A stretch of DNA of 64,000 nt from Colwellia sp. (GCA_049607625.1 JBMYWR010000003.1:1654-65653); one strand, 5' to 3'; positions 33,579-45,398 are shown, counted from the stretch's first letter. Notes: generated from the sequence alone by a model not told the origin. Made by a program: numbers and translations.

Positions 33579-34817
33579 ATGAGACGTGTTGTTGTAACAG
33601 GTTTAGGGATGTTAAGCCCTTTAGGTAACACTGCTGAAGAAACATGGCAAAATTTACTATTAGGTAAAAGTGGTATCAGAACTATTGAGCATTTCGATAC
33701 TTCCGATTACACCACAAAATTTGCTGGTTTAATCAATAACTTCGACTCTACAGATTACATGGAAAGAAAAGAAGCCAAAAAAATGGATTTATTCATCCAG
33801 TATGGTGTGGCTGCTGGAGTTCAAGCTTTTAAAGATTCAGGCCTAAATATTACAGAGGAAAACGCACCTCGAATTGGTGTAGCCGTTGGCTCTGGTATTG
33901 GTGGTTTAGGTTTAATTGAGCAAAACCATGAAAAGCTATTAAAAGCTTCAGGCAATCCTAAAAAGCTTTCGCCATTTTTTGTTCCTTCCACCATTATTAA
34001 TATGATATCGGGACATTTATCAATAATGTTTGGCTTACAGGGTCCAAACATCTCTATTACAACAGCTTGTACAAGTGGCGTACATAATATTGGCCATGCA
34101 GCTAGAATGATCGCCTATGGTGATGCTGACGCGATGCTAGCGGGTGGAGCAGAAAAAGCTTCAACTACCTTAGGTATGGGTGGGTTTGGTGCTGCAAGAG
34201 CGCTTTCTCGTCGCAACGATGACCCACAAGCGGCTTCTCGCCCTTGGGATAAAGACCGCGATGGCTTTGTCTTAGGAGACGGAGCAGGTGTTGTAATGGT
34301 TGAGGAATATGAACACGCTAAAGCACGTGGTGCAAAAATTTATGCTGAATTAGTAGGTTTTGGCATGAGCGGTGATGCTTACCATATGACATCTCCACCT
34401 GCTGATGGTGCGGGTGCTGCTCGAGCGATGGCTAATGCTATAAACGATGCGAAGATTACTACCGATAAAATTGGTTATATTAACGCTCACGGCACATCGA
34501 CACCTGCAGGTGATATTGCTGAAACTAATGCGGTTAAAAGCATATTTGCCGAAAATGCGAGCTCAGTTATGATGGGGTCAACAAAATCAATGACAGGGCA
34601 TTTGTTGGGTGCAGCAGGTGCTATTGAAGCGATATTTAGTATTCAAGCTTTAACTGAAAATGCCGTTCCTCCAACAATTAATCTAGATAACCCTGACGAA
34701 GGTTGTGATTTAGATTATATTACAGGCTCAGCTCGTGCCGTAAACCTTGAGTACACTTTGTGTAATTCATTCGGATTTGGTGGTACAAACGGGTCATTAA
34801 TTTTCAAAAAAATCTAA
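33579..34817 (+). CDS. fabF: Beta-ketoacyl-ACP synthase II
   Basis: [30 protein letters not shown]. Confidence 0.97.
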   Translation: MRRVVVTGLGMLSPLGNTAEETWQNLLLGKSGIRTIEHFDTSDYTTKFAGLINNFDSTDYMERKEAKKMDLFIQYGVAAGVQAFKDSGLNITEENAPRIGVAVGSGIGGLGLIEQNHEKLLKASGNPKKLSPFFVPSTIINMISGHLSIMFGLQGPNISITTACTSGVHNIGHAARMIAYGDADAMLAGGAEKASTTLGMGGFGAARALSRRNDDPQAASRPWDKDRDGFVLGDGAGVVMVEEYEHAKARGAKIYAELVGFGMSGDAYHMTSPPADGAGAARAMANAINDAKITTDKIGYINAHGTSTPAGDIAETNAVKSIFAENASSVMMGSTKSMTGHLLGAAGAIEAIFSIQALTENAVPPTINLDNPDEGCDLDYITGSARAVNLEYTLCNSFGFGGTNGSLIFKKI

Positions 34818-34849
34818 ATAAGCGTTTTAATGCTTGAATTTGATAGAGT

Positions 34850-34898
34850 AAGCCTGAATACTTAACTTCAATTTGATATTAAGTATTCAGGTTTTTTT
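34850..34898 (+). terminator. Terminator after fabF
   Basis: CCTGAATACTTAA...TTAAGTATTCAGG-TTTTTTT. Confidence 0.85.
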
Positions 34899-34959
34899 GT
34901 TTCTTATGTTCACAGAATATAAGTTTTAAACACGAAGAACTCAAAACAGATAAAGTCGC

Positions 34960-35757
34960 ATGATATATTGTTCAATAAATGGAATAGAAACGCCCAATGT
35001 TGCCGCTAATGATAGGGGCTTAGCTTTTGGCGATGGTTTGTTTACAACCGGTTTAATTGAACAAGGTGAATTGACTGACTTAAATGCCCATTTAGAACGG
35101 TTAGAGCAAGGCAGTATGCAATTAGGTATTCCTAAAATACCAAGAAAAGAACTTATCTCTTATATAAATGCAGCTTGTTTTAGCCACCAAAAAGCCGTTA
35201 TTAAAATCACTATCACAGCAGGTTTATCTCATCGTGGTTATGCTCGTGATAAAGAAGCAAAGCCCACCTGTATTGTCATGGTTTCTGATTTCCCTGCTAT
35301 TTATGACACCTTAAGAAATACCGGAATAACGTTAGGGGTAAGTGCTCAAAAAATAGGTTTAAGTAAAATGCTCTCAGGTTTAAAACATTTAAACCGATTA
35401 GAGCAAGTTATGATCAAAGAAGAGTTATCAAATATTCAGTACGATGATATCCTCGTATTGAACATTAAAGATGAAGTGATCGAGTCATCAAGTTCTAATT
35501 TCTTTTATTATGCAGACGGTGCTTGGTTCACGCCTGACGTTAGCTATAGCGGTGTAGATGGCTTAATGCGTCAGAAAATTTTAAATAGCATTAACGGTAT
35601 CAATGTGAAAAGTACATTTCTAGCAGACTTAGAAAACGCTTCTGCTATGTTTGTTTGTAATAGCGTCTCAGGTATAATTCCAGTTTACTGTTATAAAGAT
35701 AAAAAGCTTTCAATGGATGTAGTGTTTACTTTTAAGGATAAATTTAATGACTCATGA
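34960..35757 (+). CDS. pabC: Aminodeoxychorismate lyase
   Basis: DRGLAFGDGLFTT, GLKHLNRLEQV, GVDGLMR. Confidence 0.93.
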   Translation: MIYCSINGIETPNVAANDRGLAFGDGLFTTGLIEQGELTDLNAHLERLEQGSMQLGIPKIPRKELISYINAACFSHQKAVIKITITAGLSHRGYARDKEAKPTCIVMVSDFPAIYDTLRNTGITLGVSAQKIGLSKMLSGLKHLNRLEQVMIKEELSNIQYDDILVLNIKDEVIESSSSNFFYYADGAWFTPDVSYSGVDGLMRQKILNSINGINVKSTFLADLENASAMFVCNSVSGIIPVYCYKDKKLSMDVVFTFKDKFNDS

Positions 35758-36796
35758 AACACAAAGTAAGCCGCGCAAGAGTAAGTTTCTCAATACCTTA
35801 ATTAAACTCGTTTTATGTCTAGCGGTATTAGCTGTTATTGTATTTGCTAGTTTTCATTATTTATTGAATAAAACACTCGATAAACCAATTAATATTCAAA
35901 GTTCTTATTTGTTAACAATACAACCTGCTACGAGTTTTCATAAATTTTCCAAACAAATGGTACAATTAAAGTGGCTTGATCATCGTCTTTGGCTTTTAGG
36001 TTACGGAAAATTATATCCAAGTATGGTATCTATCAAAGCCGGTACTTATAAAATTGAACCAAAATCTAATTTACGCGCAGTGCTCAACAAAGTAGTGAGT
36101 GGGCAGGAACACCAGTTTTCAATAACTTTTATTGAAGGATCCACTTTCAAAGAAGCGATAGGGGTGATTAGCTCGCAAGAAAATATCACACACACTTTGC
36201 AAGGAAAAAGTATTAAACAAATATCAGCACTGATAGATTTAGAAAAAGATAACCCTGAAGGTCTTCTTTTCCCTGATACGTATGCGTATAGAGCTGGTAC
36301 AACGGATATAGAGATACTAAAACGCGCTAATGCAAAGTTAAATAAAGAATTAGAAGCGTTATGGAAAACACGCGCCAAAGGTTTACCCTATAAAAATGCT
36401 TATGAAGCGCTTATTATGGCTTCTATCATTGAAAAAGAAACAGGGCATGTTCCAGAGCAACCTTTAATCTCGTCTGTTTTTGTTAATAGATTACAAAAGA
36501 GAATGCGTTTGCAAACCGACCCTACCATTATTTATGGGCTTGGTGAACGTTATACGGGGGATATTACCTATGCCAATATGCGAGAAAAAACAGCCTACAA
36601 TACATACCGTATAAATGGTTTACCGCCAACACCCATTGCTTTAGCCGGTTTAAGTGCAATAAAAGCGACATTAAACCCAATAAAAAGCGATTATTACTAC
36701 TTTGTGAGCCAAGGAAATGGTAAGCATACGTTTAGTAAAACATTGAAAGAACATAATAAAGCGGTACGAGCCTATTTAGCCTTGCCACAAAATTAG
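35747..36796 (+). CDS. mltG: Endolytic transglycosylase MltG
   Basis: N-terminal TM helix, ASIIEKET, LQTDPT, YNTY, GLPPTPI. Confidence 0.95.
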   Translation: MTHETQSKPRKSKFLNTLIKLVLCLAVLAVIVFASFHYLLNKTLDKPINIQSSYLLTIQPATSFHKFSKQMVQLKWLDHRLWLLGYGKLYPSMVSIKAGTYKIEPKSNLRAVLNKVVSGQEHQFSITFIEGSTFKEAIGVISSQENITHTLQGKSIKQISALIDLEKDNPEGLLFPDTYAYRAGTTDIEILKRANAKLNKELEALWKTRAKGLPYKNAYEALIMASIIEKETGHVPEQPLISSVFVNRLQKRMRLQTDPTIIYGLGERYTGDITYANMREKTAYNTYRINGLPPTPIALAGLSAIKATLNPIKSDYYYFVSQGNGKHTFSKTLKEHNKAVRAYLALPQN

Positions 36797-36846
36797 CGCC
36801 ACTTTTATTGCTTAGCTGAGCAAATATTTAAGAAAGAGAAATAGAA

Positions 36847-37494
36847 ATGCAATTAGGAAAATTTATCGTCATTGAAGGCATGGAAGGAGCAGGCAAGTCA
36901 TCTGCTATAAATATTGTAAAAGATACACTTGAGCAGTTTAATATTGAGTATATTTGTACTCGTGAGCCCGGTGGAACACCGTTAGCTGAAAGCTTAAGAA
37001 ATATGGTGAAGTCGGTTGATTTAACAGAGAAACTAACCCAAGAAACTGAATTGTTTTTAATGTACGCTAGTCGTAGCCAACTTTTAGCTAATAAAATTAT
37101 GCCTGCTTTGCAAAAAGGTCTATGGGTTATAGGTGACCGCCATGATCTAAGCTCAAGAGCCTATCAAGGCGGAGGTCGTGGCTTTGATGATCAAGTAATG
37201 GACTCAATTGCGCAAATTACATTAAAAGGCTTTGAGCCTGATTTAACATTATATTTAGATGTAGAGCCAACTATTGGCCTTGCAAGGGCGAAAGCAAGAG
37301 GTGATCTTGACCGTATTGAACTTGAAAAAATAGACTTTTTTAATCGTGTAAGAAACAAGTACATTGAAATTGCTAATAACAATAATAAAATCATAACGAT
37401 TGACTCTACCCAGCCGATGAACGATGTACATTCTGATGTGAAAGACAGCCTTAATAGCTTTATTCATAAGCAAGAAAATCGTAGTGAGTTATAA
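36847..37494 (+). CDS. tmk: Thymidylate kinase
   Basis: EGMEGAGKS, TREPGGT, DRHDLSSRAYQG. Confidence 0.96.
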   Translation: MQLGKFIVIEGMEGAGKSSAINIVKDTLEQFNIEYICTREPGGTPLAESLRNMVKSVDLTEKLTQETELFLMYASRSQLLANKIMPALQKGLWVIGDRHDLSSRAYQGGGRGFDDQVMDSIAQITLKGFEPDLTLYLDVEPTIGLARAKARGDLDRIELEKIDFFNRVRNKYIEIANNNNKIITIDSTQPMNDVHSDVKDSLNSFIHKQENRSEL

Positions 37495-37564
37495 AGCATT
37501 GATTACGCTCATCGACAAATATTACTAAGTGAAATGATAAAAAATTTCATACAATGGATTAGTT

Positions 37565-38560
37565 ATGCATAGTGCTATAAAAGAACACCAACAATTATTA
37601 TCACAACAATACAAACAGCAAACCTTACCCCATGCCATTTTGTTTTCAGGCGCTATAGGGGTAGGTAAGACTGATTTATCTGACTGGTTAATTAAGCTTT
37701 TGTTATGTAATGCTCCTAATCATGATAACTCAGCTGATATGTTAGTTGCTTGCGGTACTTGTAAAAATTGTCGTCTTTTTGAAAGTGGTAACTACCCTGA
37801 CCATTTTGAAGTGCAACCTAAATCAAAAAGTACGAGTTTAGGCGTTGATGAAATCAGGTTAGCAAATGAGTTTCTTCAAAAAACAGCGCATATTGGTCAA
37901 TTTCAATCTGTGCTTGTTAATAATGCTCAAAGCATGACAACTCAAGCTGCCAATGCTTTATTGAAAACATTAGAAGAGCCAACACCTCATAGCGTAATTA
38001 TTTTGAATACGGATGAAATAGACTTACTCTTACCAACCATTATTAGTCGTTGTAGGGTAATTCACGTAAAGGGTTTAGTTGCAGACCAATTGTTGGCCTC
38101 TTTAACTAAAAGCAGTGGAAATTCAAATTCATCATTTAACGCGTTACAAAATGACACTTTTAACGAAGTTCCTTATCTTAATTCTTCACACCTTACAGAG
38201 CTAAAAGACCCTAATAAAGCAGAACAGTATACGAATTTTAAAAGTTTAATTTGTCATTTTTTAATGACTGCGAGGGTAGAGCGCAGCTTAACGGAAGCTT
38301 TTAACGATAATAACAATGCTTATGCATGGCTAGAAAAAGTTATTGTAAATTTGTCACGATTAAAACAAACACATGATAACACCGAGCTATATTTAGTTGA
38401 TGATATTCAGTTGAAGTTGTTACCTAACAGTGAAATATTAAATCAAATATATAAAATAGTTACTCAGCGTAGTAAACTAGCTAAAAACTATATACAAGCA
38501 AACCAACAGTATTTAACAGAGAAGCTTTTGGTGGATATAAGCCATCTTCTTAAAGTTTAA
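37565..38560 (+). CDS. holB: DNA polymerase III delta' subunit
   Basis: PHAILF, CGTCKNC Zn site, ANALLKTLEEP, PTIISRC. Confidence 0.9.
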   Translation: MHSAIKEHQQLLSQQYKQQTLPHAILFSGAIGVGKTDLSDWLIKLLLCNAPNHDNSADMLVACGTCKNCRLFESGNYPDHFEVQPKSKSTSLGVDEIRLANEFLQKTAHIGQFQSVLVNNAQSMTTQAANALLKTLEEPTPHSVIILNTDEIDLLLPTIISRCRVIHVKGLVADQLLASLTKSSGNSNSSFNALQNDTFNEVPYLNSSHLTELKDPNKAEQYTNFKSLICHFLMTARVERSLTEAFNDNNNAYAWLEKVIVNLSRLKQTHDNTELYLVDDIQLKLLPNSEILNQIYKIVTQRSKLAKNYIQANQQYLTEKLLVDISHLLKV

Positions 38561-38622
38561 GCTTACAATAAAATATATAATAGACCCGTTTAATAAAGCA
38601 ACATAATAGCCAGGAGAGCTAC

Positions 38623-38949
38623 GTGGCAATGATCAACTTAGAATACAATACAGAACGTGATTTATACTTAGCCTATATGCCTTTTTTAAAGCAAGGAGGT
38701 TTATTTATACGAACGCCTAGAGTTTATGATTTAAATGTGGAAGTTGAGTTAAGTGTTACGTTACCGGACTCGCTGGAGCCTTCTGTTGTTAAAGGTGTTA
38801 TTTGTTGGTTAACTCCCGTAGGAACACAATTAGGGACGCCACCAGGTATTGGCATTGCATTTACGGAAGACCCAGATAAACTGCGCTTTCAAATTGAGAA
38901 GTGCCTAGCACCCAAAAGCAATTCAAGTGAACCGACACTTACAATGTAA
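38623..38949 (+). CDS. pilZ: PilZ (type IV pilus assembly type)
   Basis: LYLAYMPFLKQGGLFI, WLTP, PTLTM C-terminus; holB-pilZ-tatD synteny. Confidence 0.88.
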   Translation: MAMINLEYNTERDLYLAYMPFLKQGGLFIRTPRVYDLNVEVELSVTLPDSLEPSVVKGVICWLTPVGTQLGTPPGIGIAFTEDPDKLRFQIEKCLAPKSNSSEPTLTM

Positions 38950-39035
38950 ATTCGAAGGTGGTTTAATCGAGCCACCGACTGTTAAAATTCCATCAATATT
39001 TATGCTTTTATTGACCTATCAAGCTAAGGACTCCC

Positions 39036-39803
39036 TTGTTTATTGACTCTCATTGCCATTTAGACCGACTTAATTTGTCTCTTTATGATAACAACCTCGA
39101 TAATGTTATTAAATCAGCCCATGAGGCAAAAGTGACTAAATTACTTTGTGTGAGTGTAACGCTCGATGATTTCCCTGCTATGGCAGAACAAACAAAAAAT
39201 TACCCTAATGTGTTGCTTTCTTGTGGCGCTCATCCATTAAATCAAGAAGATGCGATTAATGAAGAACGCTTGTTATCGTTGTCAAGGCATGATCGCGTTA
39301 TCGCTATTGGTGAAACAGGTTTAGATTATCATTATGCTCCTGAAACAAAAGCATTGCAGTTAGACTCTTTTGTAAAACACGTTAGTGTCGCTAAGACTTT
39401 AAAAAAGCCTCTTATCATTCATACAAGAACAGCTCAAGATGACACTTTAGCGATATTACGTAATGAAGAAGCGAGCAAAGTAGGAGGCATCCTGCATTGT
39501 TTTACAGAAACATGGGATATGGCTAAACAAGCATTAGACTTAGGTTTTTATATTTCATTTTCAGGGATAGTTACATTCAAAAATGCGTCAGAATTAAGAG
39601 ACGTCGCCAAACGAATCCCTAACGATCGTTTCTTAATTGAAACCGATTCACCTTATCTTGCTCCAGTACCTCATAGGGGAAAGGAAAATCAGCCCGCTTA
39701 TGTTACCGAGGTAGCAAAACACCTTGCCAGTATTCGAGGCCAATCAGTAGAAGAAATAGCAGAGCTTTCAACAGCTAATTTTAATCGCTTATTTAACCTG
39801 TAA
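39036..39803 (+). CDS. ycfH: TatD-family DNase (YcfH-like)
   Basis: DSHCH, GETGLD, IIHTR, LHCF, ETDSPYLAP. Confidence 0.9.
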   Translation: MFIDSHCHLDRLNLSLYDNNLDNVIKSAHEAKVTKLLCVSVTLDDFPAMAEQTKNYPNVLLSCGAHPLNQEDAINEERLLSLSRHDRVIAIGETGLDYHYAPETKALQLDSFVKHVSVAKTLKKPLIIHTRTAQDDTLAILRNEEASKVGGILHCFTETWDMAKQALDLGFYISFSGIVTFKNASELRDVAKRIPNDRFLIETDSPYLAPVPHRGKENQPAYVTEVAKHLASIRGQSVEEIAELSTANFNRLFNL

Positions 39804-40387
39804 CAGAACCAACAAAGTTATATCGCCAAATTTATTTGATTCACATTTATCTCTTATGTTTAATTAATAATGGTTAATTAATAAATTTAGCAAAGAAGTT
39901 ATCTGGTAATTAACCAATCTTTCTTAAAGTGATGAATTATTCAGTTTGTCACTTCTAAAAATTCCTCTATATAGAGCTTTTAATTATTTTCATTTTACAA
40001 AAATTACGCACTATTTTTATTTAGAAAGCTGTTTTTTTTAATCTTAATTAACACTAATTTTACAAGCTTCTGGCATGTTTAAAGTGCTTAAAAGGAGAGC
40101 TTAATCTAAAGTAAAAACTCTATTTCTCCCTTGATTTTACTATAAAAAATACTAAAAGTTCAAAAATTGGGTTAATCACTAAATAATTACAGTATAAATG
40201 TAAATAATGCTCGCAATAGTCTAAATTAATACTTAAAATTGTACTATGCTTTAAAAGCTTTCAGTAAAGCTTTTACTATGCCTGTATGTAAGATAAACAT
40301 AACAAAAGATAACTTTTTACATAAATAGCTTGCAGTATTGGCATCCCCTTTAATTAAATATTGATTAGAACATATCAAGGAATACCC

Positions 40388-43300
40388 ATGGCGTTAGTGA
40401 ATGGTTCACCCTCAGTTTTATTGAATAATGTAGCCAAATTAATTCAAAAAAAAGTTTCCCCTGAATCGGTTAAGTTAGTAGAGCAATTTACCGGTTTACT
40501 TTATAACAATATAGCCTCTACGGATCTAGACGAAAGAAACGAAAGCGATACTTATGGCGCAACGTTAAGTTTATGGAGTGCTTTAAATGAACATAAAAGC
40601 GATACGCCTATAATCCACGTTTTTAATCCAACTTTAGATTTACATGGTTGGAAATCAAATCACAGTATTATCGAAGTGATTGTTAAAGACATGCCTTTCT
40701 TAGTTGATTCCATTAGAATTGCACTTAAACGGTTAGGTTTATCACCGCATTTAATGCTTAATGCACCTATTAAGGTGTTAAAAAATAAAAACAATGAAAT
40801 AACGAAGTTATCACCAGCGGTAGAAGATAGCTTTAAAGCAACTTCTATCGATACAGTATTTTTTATAGAAATTGATAGACAAACATCAAAGGCTGATTTA
40901 GATAAAATCAAAGACGAATTATTTTCAGTTGTAGAAGATATCTCTTTAACAGTTAGCGATTGGCAACCTATGTTGAAATGTCTTAATCGTGTTATTGCTG
41001 ATACTAAGAAGTCAAAATTACCAGGCACAAAAGAACACAAAGAAGATACCCTTAATTTCCTTTCATGGTTAGGTCAGAATAACTTCACGTTAATGGGTTA
41101 CCGATCATACAAAGTAGAGGCTGTTAAAGGTGATGTTGAGTTGATTGCTGATGTTTCATCAAGTTTAGGTTTGATGAAGAATTCAAATTCAGCCGTAAAG
41201 CGTTATTTATCATCATTGAGTGAATCGGGTCGTGAAGTATCAATGGGATCTAATCACCTTATACTCACTAAAACGAATTCTAACTCTCGAGTTCACCGTC
41301 CTGTGCAACTTGATTATATCGGTGTAAAGCGTTTTGATGAACAAGGCAAAGTGATAGGAGAAGACCGATTTATTGGTTTGTTTGGGTCTGCATTTTACAC
41401 TAACAGCGTTCAAGATTTACCTTTGCTAGGTCCAAAAGTCATGTCGGTTTGTACTTCCTCAGGCTTTGCACAAGGTTCACACGATTTTAAATCTTTAATC
41501 AATATACTTGAAACCTACCCTCGTGATGAAGTTTTACAAAGCTCTGTTGATGAGCTTCGTAAAAATGCAATGGGTATTTTGCGAATGCAAGAAAGAGATT
41601 ACACCGGTATCTTTATTAGAAGGGATGCCTTTGATCGTTTTTATTCTTGCATGGTGTATGTGCCTCGTGAAAGGTATAACACCAAACTGCGTATGGAAAC
41701 ACAAAAATTATTACAAGAAACGTTTGGCAGTAAAGAAGAAGTTGAGTTTACGACGTTCTTTTCAGAGTCTGTACAAGCAAGAACCCACTACCTTGTTAAG
41801 GTAAAAGAGACAAAAGCAGATATTAATGTGAAAGAGATAGAACGAAACTTGAATGAAGCCGCTAAAAACTGGGAAGATAAGCTTGTTCATGCTTTAAATG
41901 GGAGTGTTGGTGAGTCTAAAGCAAAATCATTAATTAAGAAGTATTCCGCTTTTCCACAAGCTTATAAGGATGATGTTTTACCTGGATCTGCCATTGTAGA
42001 TATTGCTAATTTAGAAAGCTTATCTGAAACAAACGATCTTGGCATGCTCTTTTATCAGCCTGTTGAAGAAAAAGCTGATAGCCGTTTTGTTAAACTTAAA
42101 CTCTTCCACAAAGGCGAGCCAATTCATCTTTCTGATATTTTACCTATGTTAGAAAACTTCGGTTTACGTGTTATTGGTGAAAGCCCGCATGCGATAAAGT
42201 CATCCGATGGCGAAACTTTCTGGATTTTAGACTTTTCGATGTTATTAACAGGTGATAATGCATTCGATGTTTATACAGTGAATACTTTATTTCAAGATGC
42301 ATTTAGTAAAGTTTGGCATGGCGATCTAGAAGATGATGGGTTTAACCGACTTGTTTTAGGTGCTAGTTTGAAAGGTCGCTCTGTTTCCATTCTGCGTTCT
42401 TATGCAAAATACGAGCGTCAAATAGGCGGTATATTTAGCCAAAATTATATAGAGGATACTTTCGCACGTTACCCAGAAATGGCTGAGTTGCTTATCAATT
42501 TGTTTGTTCTTAGATTCAACCCTGAAAACTCCATGTCTCAAAGTGCTAAGGATAAAGCACAAACTAAGCTCCATCAAACCATTGAAGCGAAATTGGATGA
42601 TGTGTCTAACCTCGATGACGATCGTATTGTGCGACGTTTTGTTGAGATGATAGAAGCAACTATTCGCACAAACTATTTCCAAACGTATGAAAACGGAAGT
42701 GATAAGCCTTATATTTCATTTAAGTTATTACCGTCTAAAATTAGTGAAGTACCACAACCTGTACCGGCTTATGAAATTTTTGTTTATTCTCCACAGGTAG
42801 AAGGTGTTCACTTACGTGGGGGTAAAGTTGCTCGGGGTGGTTTACGTTGGTCTGATAGACCTGAAGATTTCAGAACAGAAGTTTTAGGTTTAGTAAAAGC
42901 GCAGCAAGTTAAAAATACTGTTATTGTTCCTGTTGGGGCAAAAGGTGGTTTTGTTTGTAAACAACTACCTAGCGGCAGCCGAGATGAAATATTTGAAGAA
43001 GGTAAATCATGTTATCGAACCTTTATTCGTGCTCTTTTAGACATCACCGACAATATTGTAGATGGTGAAATAGTTCATCCTGACAAGGTTGTTAGACTAG
43101 ATGAAGATGATGCTTATTTGGTTGTTGCAGCCGATAAAGGTACGGCGACTTTCTCTGATATTGCCAATGCCATCTCTGAAGAGTATAACTTTTGGCTAGG
43201 AGATGCATTCGCATCTGGTGGCAGTGTTGGCTACGACCATAAAGCAATGGGTATTACCGCTAAAGGCGCTTGGGAGTCTGTTAAGCGCCATTTCAGAGAA

Positions 43301-45259
43301 ATGGATATTGATTGTCAAACAACAGATTTTACCTGTATTGGTATAGGAGATATGGCTGGAGATGTATTTGGTAATGGCATGTTGCTTTCAAAGCATATAT
43401 GTTTACAAGCTGCGTTTAATCACATGCATATCTTTATTGACCCGACACCAAACTCCGCTAAAACTTATAAAGAGCGTGAACGTTTATTTAATAAACCAGG
43501 TTGTAGTTGGGAAGATTACAACAAGGATCTCATTTCTGAAGGCGGAGCAATATTTAGCCGTAATGTGAAGTCAATCAAGCTTACTCCACAAATTAAGAAG
43601 ATGCTTGGAACAGCTAAACAATCTATGGCCCCTAATGAGCTTATCCAAGCGATATTGATGATGAAAGTCGATTTACTCTGGAACGGTGGTATCGGTACCT
43701 ATGTTAAAGGAGCTAAAGAGAGTCATTTAGATGTAGGTGACAGAGCAAATGACAGTTTACGAGTTAATGGAAGTCAAGTTAAAGCGAAAGTAATAGGTGA
43801 GGGCGGCAATTTAGGTTTAACCCAATTAGGTCGTATTGAGTTTGCTGCACATGGTGGTCGTATTAATACAGATGCTATTGATAACGCAGGAGGTGTTGAC
43901 TGTTCTGATAATGAAGTAAACATTAAAATATTATTGAATGGTTTAGTTAAAGCAGGTGATTTAACGACTAAGCAGCGTAATCAGTTACTTTATGATATGA
44001 CCGAAGAAGTAGGCGATTTGGTTATAGAAGACTGTTATCGTCAAACCCACTCACTTTCTATCACTGAAATGTTAAGTGCAAATCAACTTAAAGAGCAGTT
44101 ACGTTTTATTCAAGAGATGGAGCGCTCAGGTAAATTAGATAGAGCACTAGAGTTTATTCCTGATGATGAAGAAATTAATGATAGATTGGCTCAAGGGCAT
44201 GGGTTAACTCGACCTGAGTTATCAGTGCTGCTTGCTTATAGCAAAATGGTTTTAAAAGAAGACTTAGTTCACCCTGAAATTACAGACAATGCGTACTACG
44301 ATAAATTACTATTTTCTGCCTTTCCAGAACAGCTAAGAAGTAAGTTTAAACCGCAAATGCAGCAACATCCATTGCGTGCAGAAATTATAGCGACCAAACT
44401 TGCTAATAAAATTGGTAACGATATGGGCTTTAACTTTGTTAATCGCATGCAAGAGGAAACTGGTGCATCTGTTACAGAAATTGCCAATTGTTATCAGCTT
44501 GCAAGTTCTGTTTTCGAATTAGAAGATATGTGGCAAAAAATAGAGGTTTTAAATAATAAAATTCCTACATTGACACAAACAGAAATGTTATTTCAATATA
44601 GACGGACAGTAAGAAGAGCAACTCGATGGTTCTTAAGACATTACAATAAAGATAAAACTATCCAACAATCTATTGATATGTATAGTGCTACTTTTAAAGA
44701 AATGTCTAAAAACTTAAATAATTTCATGGCTGATGAAGACATTAAACAAGTAAATACTAATGCAGAAAAACTTCTAGATAAAGGAGTTCCTAAAGAGATA
44801 ACAGCCCGTATAGCACAATTAAGTACTATTTTTTCGGCAATGGATATTGCCGAAATTTGTGAACAAGAAGGACGCAAGGTTGAACATGTTGCAAGTTTAT
44901 ATTACAAACTTGGCAGTAAATTAGAATTACACTGGTTCTTAGCTCAAATAACTAAGCAACCGGTTTCTAATCATTGGCAAGCGCTTGCAAGAGCATCATT
45001 TAGAGAGGAATTAGATTGGCAACAGCGTTCTCTTACTTCCGTTGTTTTAAGGTGTGATAATAGCAACAAAATTAAATGCATTGATGAAATGATTGATAGC
45101 TGGATTGAAGCGAATAAAGCGCCTCTAGACAGATGGTCACAAATTTTAGCTGAATTTAAAGCTGGCCACACGCACGAGTTTGCTAAATTCTCCGTCGCAT
45201 TGCGAGAATTAATGCTACTAAGCTTAAATTGTCAGCGTGCTCTTGATATTACTAAATAG
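40388..45259 (+). CDS. gdhB: Large NAD-specific glutamate dehydrogenase (start reassigned to MALVNG)
   Basis: ARGGLRWSDR, AQQVKNTVIVP, AADKGTATFSD, GDMAGDVFGNG, EGGNLG; ~1620 aa. Confidence 0.95.
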   Translation: MALVNGSPSVLLNNVAKLIQKKVSPESVKLVEQFTGLLYNNIASTDLDERNESDTYGATLSLWSALNEHKSDTPIIHVFNPTLDLHGWKSNHSIIEVIVKDMPFLVDSIRIALKRLGLSPHLMLNAPIKVLKNKNNEITKLSPAVEDSFKATSIDTVFFIEIDRQTSKADLDKIKDELFSVVEDISLTVSDWQPMLKCLNRVIADTKKSKLPGTKEHKEDTLNFLSWLGQNNFTLMGYRSYKVEAVKGDVELIADVSSSLGLMKNSNSAVKRYLSSLSESGREVSMGSNHLILTKTNSNSRVHRPVQLDYIGVKRFDEQGKVIGEDRFIGLFGSAFYTNSVQDLPLLGPKVMSVCTSSGFAQGSHDFKSLINILETYPRDEVLQSSVDELRKNAMGILRMQERDYTGIFIRRDAFDRFYSCMVYVPRERYNTKLRMETQKLLQETFGSKEEVEFTTFFSESVQARTHYLVKVKETKADINVKEIERNLNEAAKNWEDKLVHALNGSVGESKAKSLIKKYSAFPQAYKDDVLPGSAIVDIANLESLSETNDLGMLFYQPVEEKADSRFVKLKLFHKGEPIHLSDILPMLENFGLRVIGESPHAIKSSDGETFWILDFSMLLTGDNAFDVYTVNTLFQDAFSKVWHGDLEDDGFNRLVLGASLKGRSVSILRSYAKYERQIGGIFSQNYIEDTFARYPEMAELLINLFVLRFNPENSMSQSAKDKAQTKLHQTIEAKLDDVSNLDDDRIVRRFVEMIEATIRTNYFQTYENGSDKPYISFKLLPSKISEVPQPVPAYEIFVYSPQVEGVHLRGGKVARGGLRWSDRPEDFRTEVLGLVKAQQVKNTVIVPVGAKGGFVCKQLPSGSRDEIFEEGKSCYRTFIRALLDITDNIVDGEIVHPDKVVRLDEDDAYLVVAADKGTATFSDIANAISEEYNFWLGDAFASGGSVGYDHKAMGITAKGAWESVKRHFREMDIDCQTTDFTCIGIGDMAGDVFGNGMLLSKHICLQAAFNHMHIFIDPTPNSAKTYKERERLFNKPGCSWEDYNKDLISEGGAIFSRNVKSIKLTPQIKKMLGTAKQSMAPNELIQAILMMKVDLLWNGGIGTYVKGAKESHLDVGDRANDSLRVNGSQVKAKVIGEGGNLGLTQLGRIEFAAHGGRINTDAIDNAGGVDCSDNEVNIKILLNGLVKAGDLTTKQRNQLLYDMTEEVGDLVIEDCYRQTHSLSITEMLSANQLKEQLRFIQEMERSGKLDRALEFIPDDEEINDRLAQGHGLTRPELSVLLAYSKMVLKEDLVHPEITDNAYYDKLLFSAFPEQLRSKFKPQMQQHPLRAEIIATKLANKIGNDMGFNFVNRMQEETGASVTEIANCYQLASSVFELEDMWQKIEVLNNKIPTLTQTEMLFQYRRTVRRATRWFLRHYNKDKTIQQSIDMYSATFKEMSKNLNNFMADEDIKQVNTNAEKLLDKGVPKEITARIAQLSTIFSAMDIAEICEQEGRKVEHVASLYYKLGSKLELHWFLAQITKQPVSNHWQALARASFREELDWQQRSLTSVVLRCDNSNKIKCIDEMIDSWIEANKAPLDRWSQILAEFKAGHTHEFAKFSVALRELMLLSLNCQRALDITK

Positions 45260-45362
45260 CTTGCACTTGGTTGAATAGTTTAACTTATCAAATTTGTTGC
45301 TTATTTGTTGCTTATTTGTGCTTTAATATCGTGTTTTAGTTACATTTGATAATTACAATGTT

Positions 45363-45398
45363 AAAATCCCTTTGTTCGAATGAATAAAGGGATTTTTT
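45363..45398 (+). terminator. Terminator after gdhB
   Basis: AAAATCCCTTT...AAAGGGATTTTTT. Confidence 0.8.
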
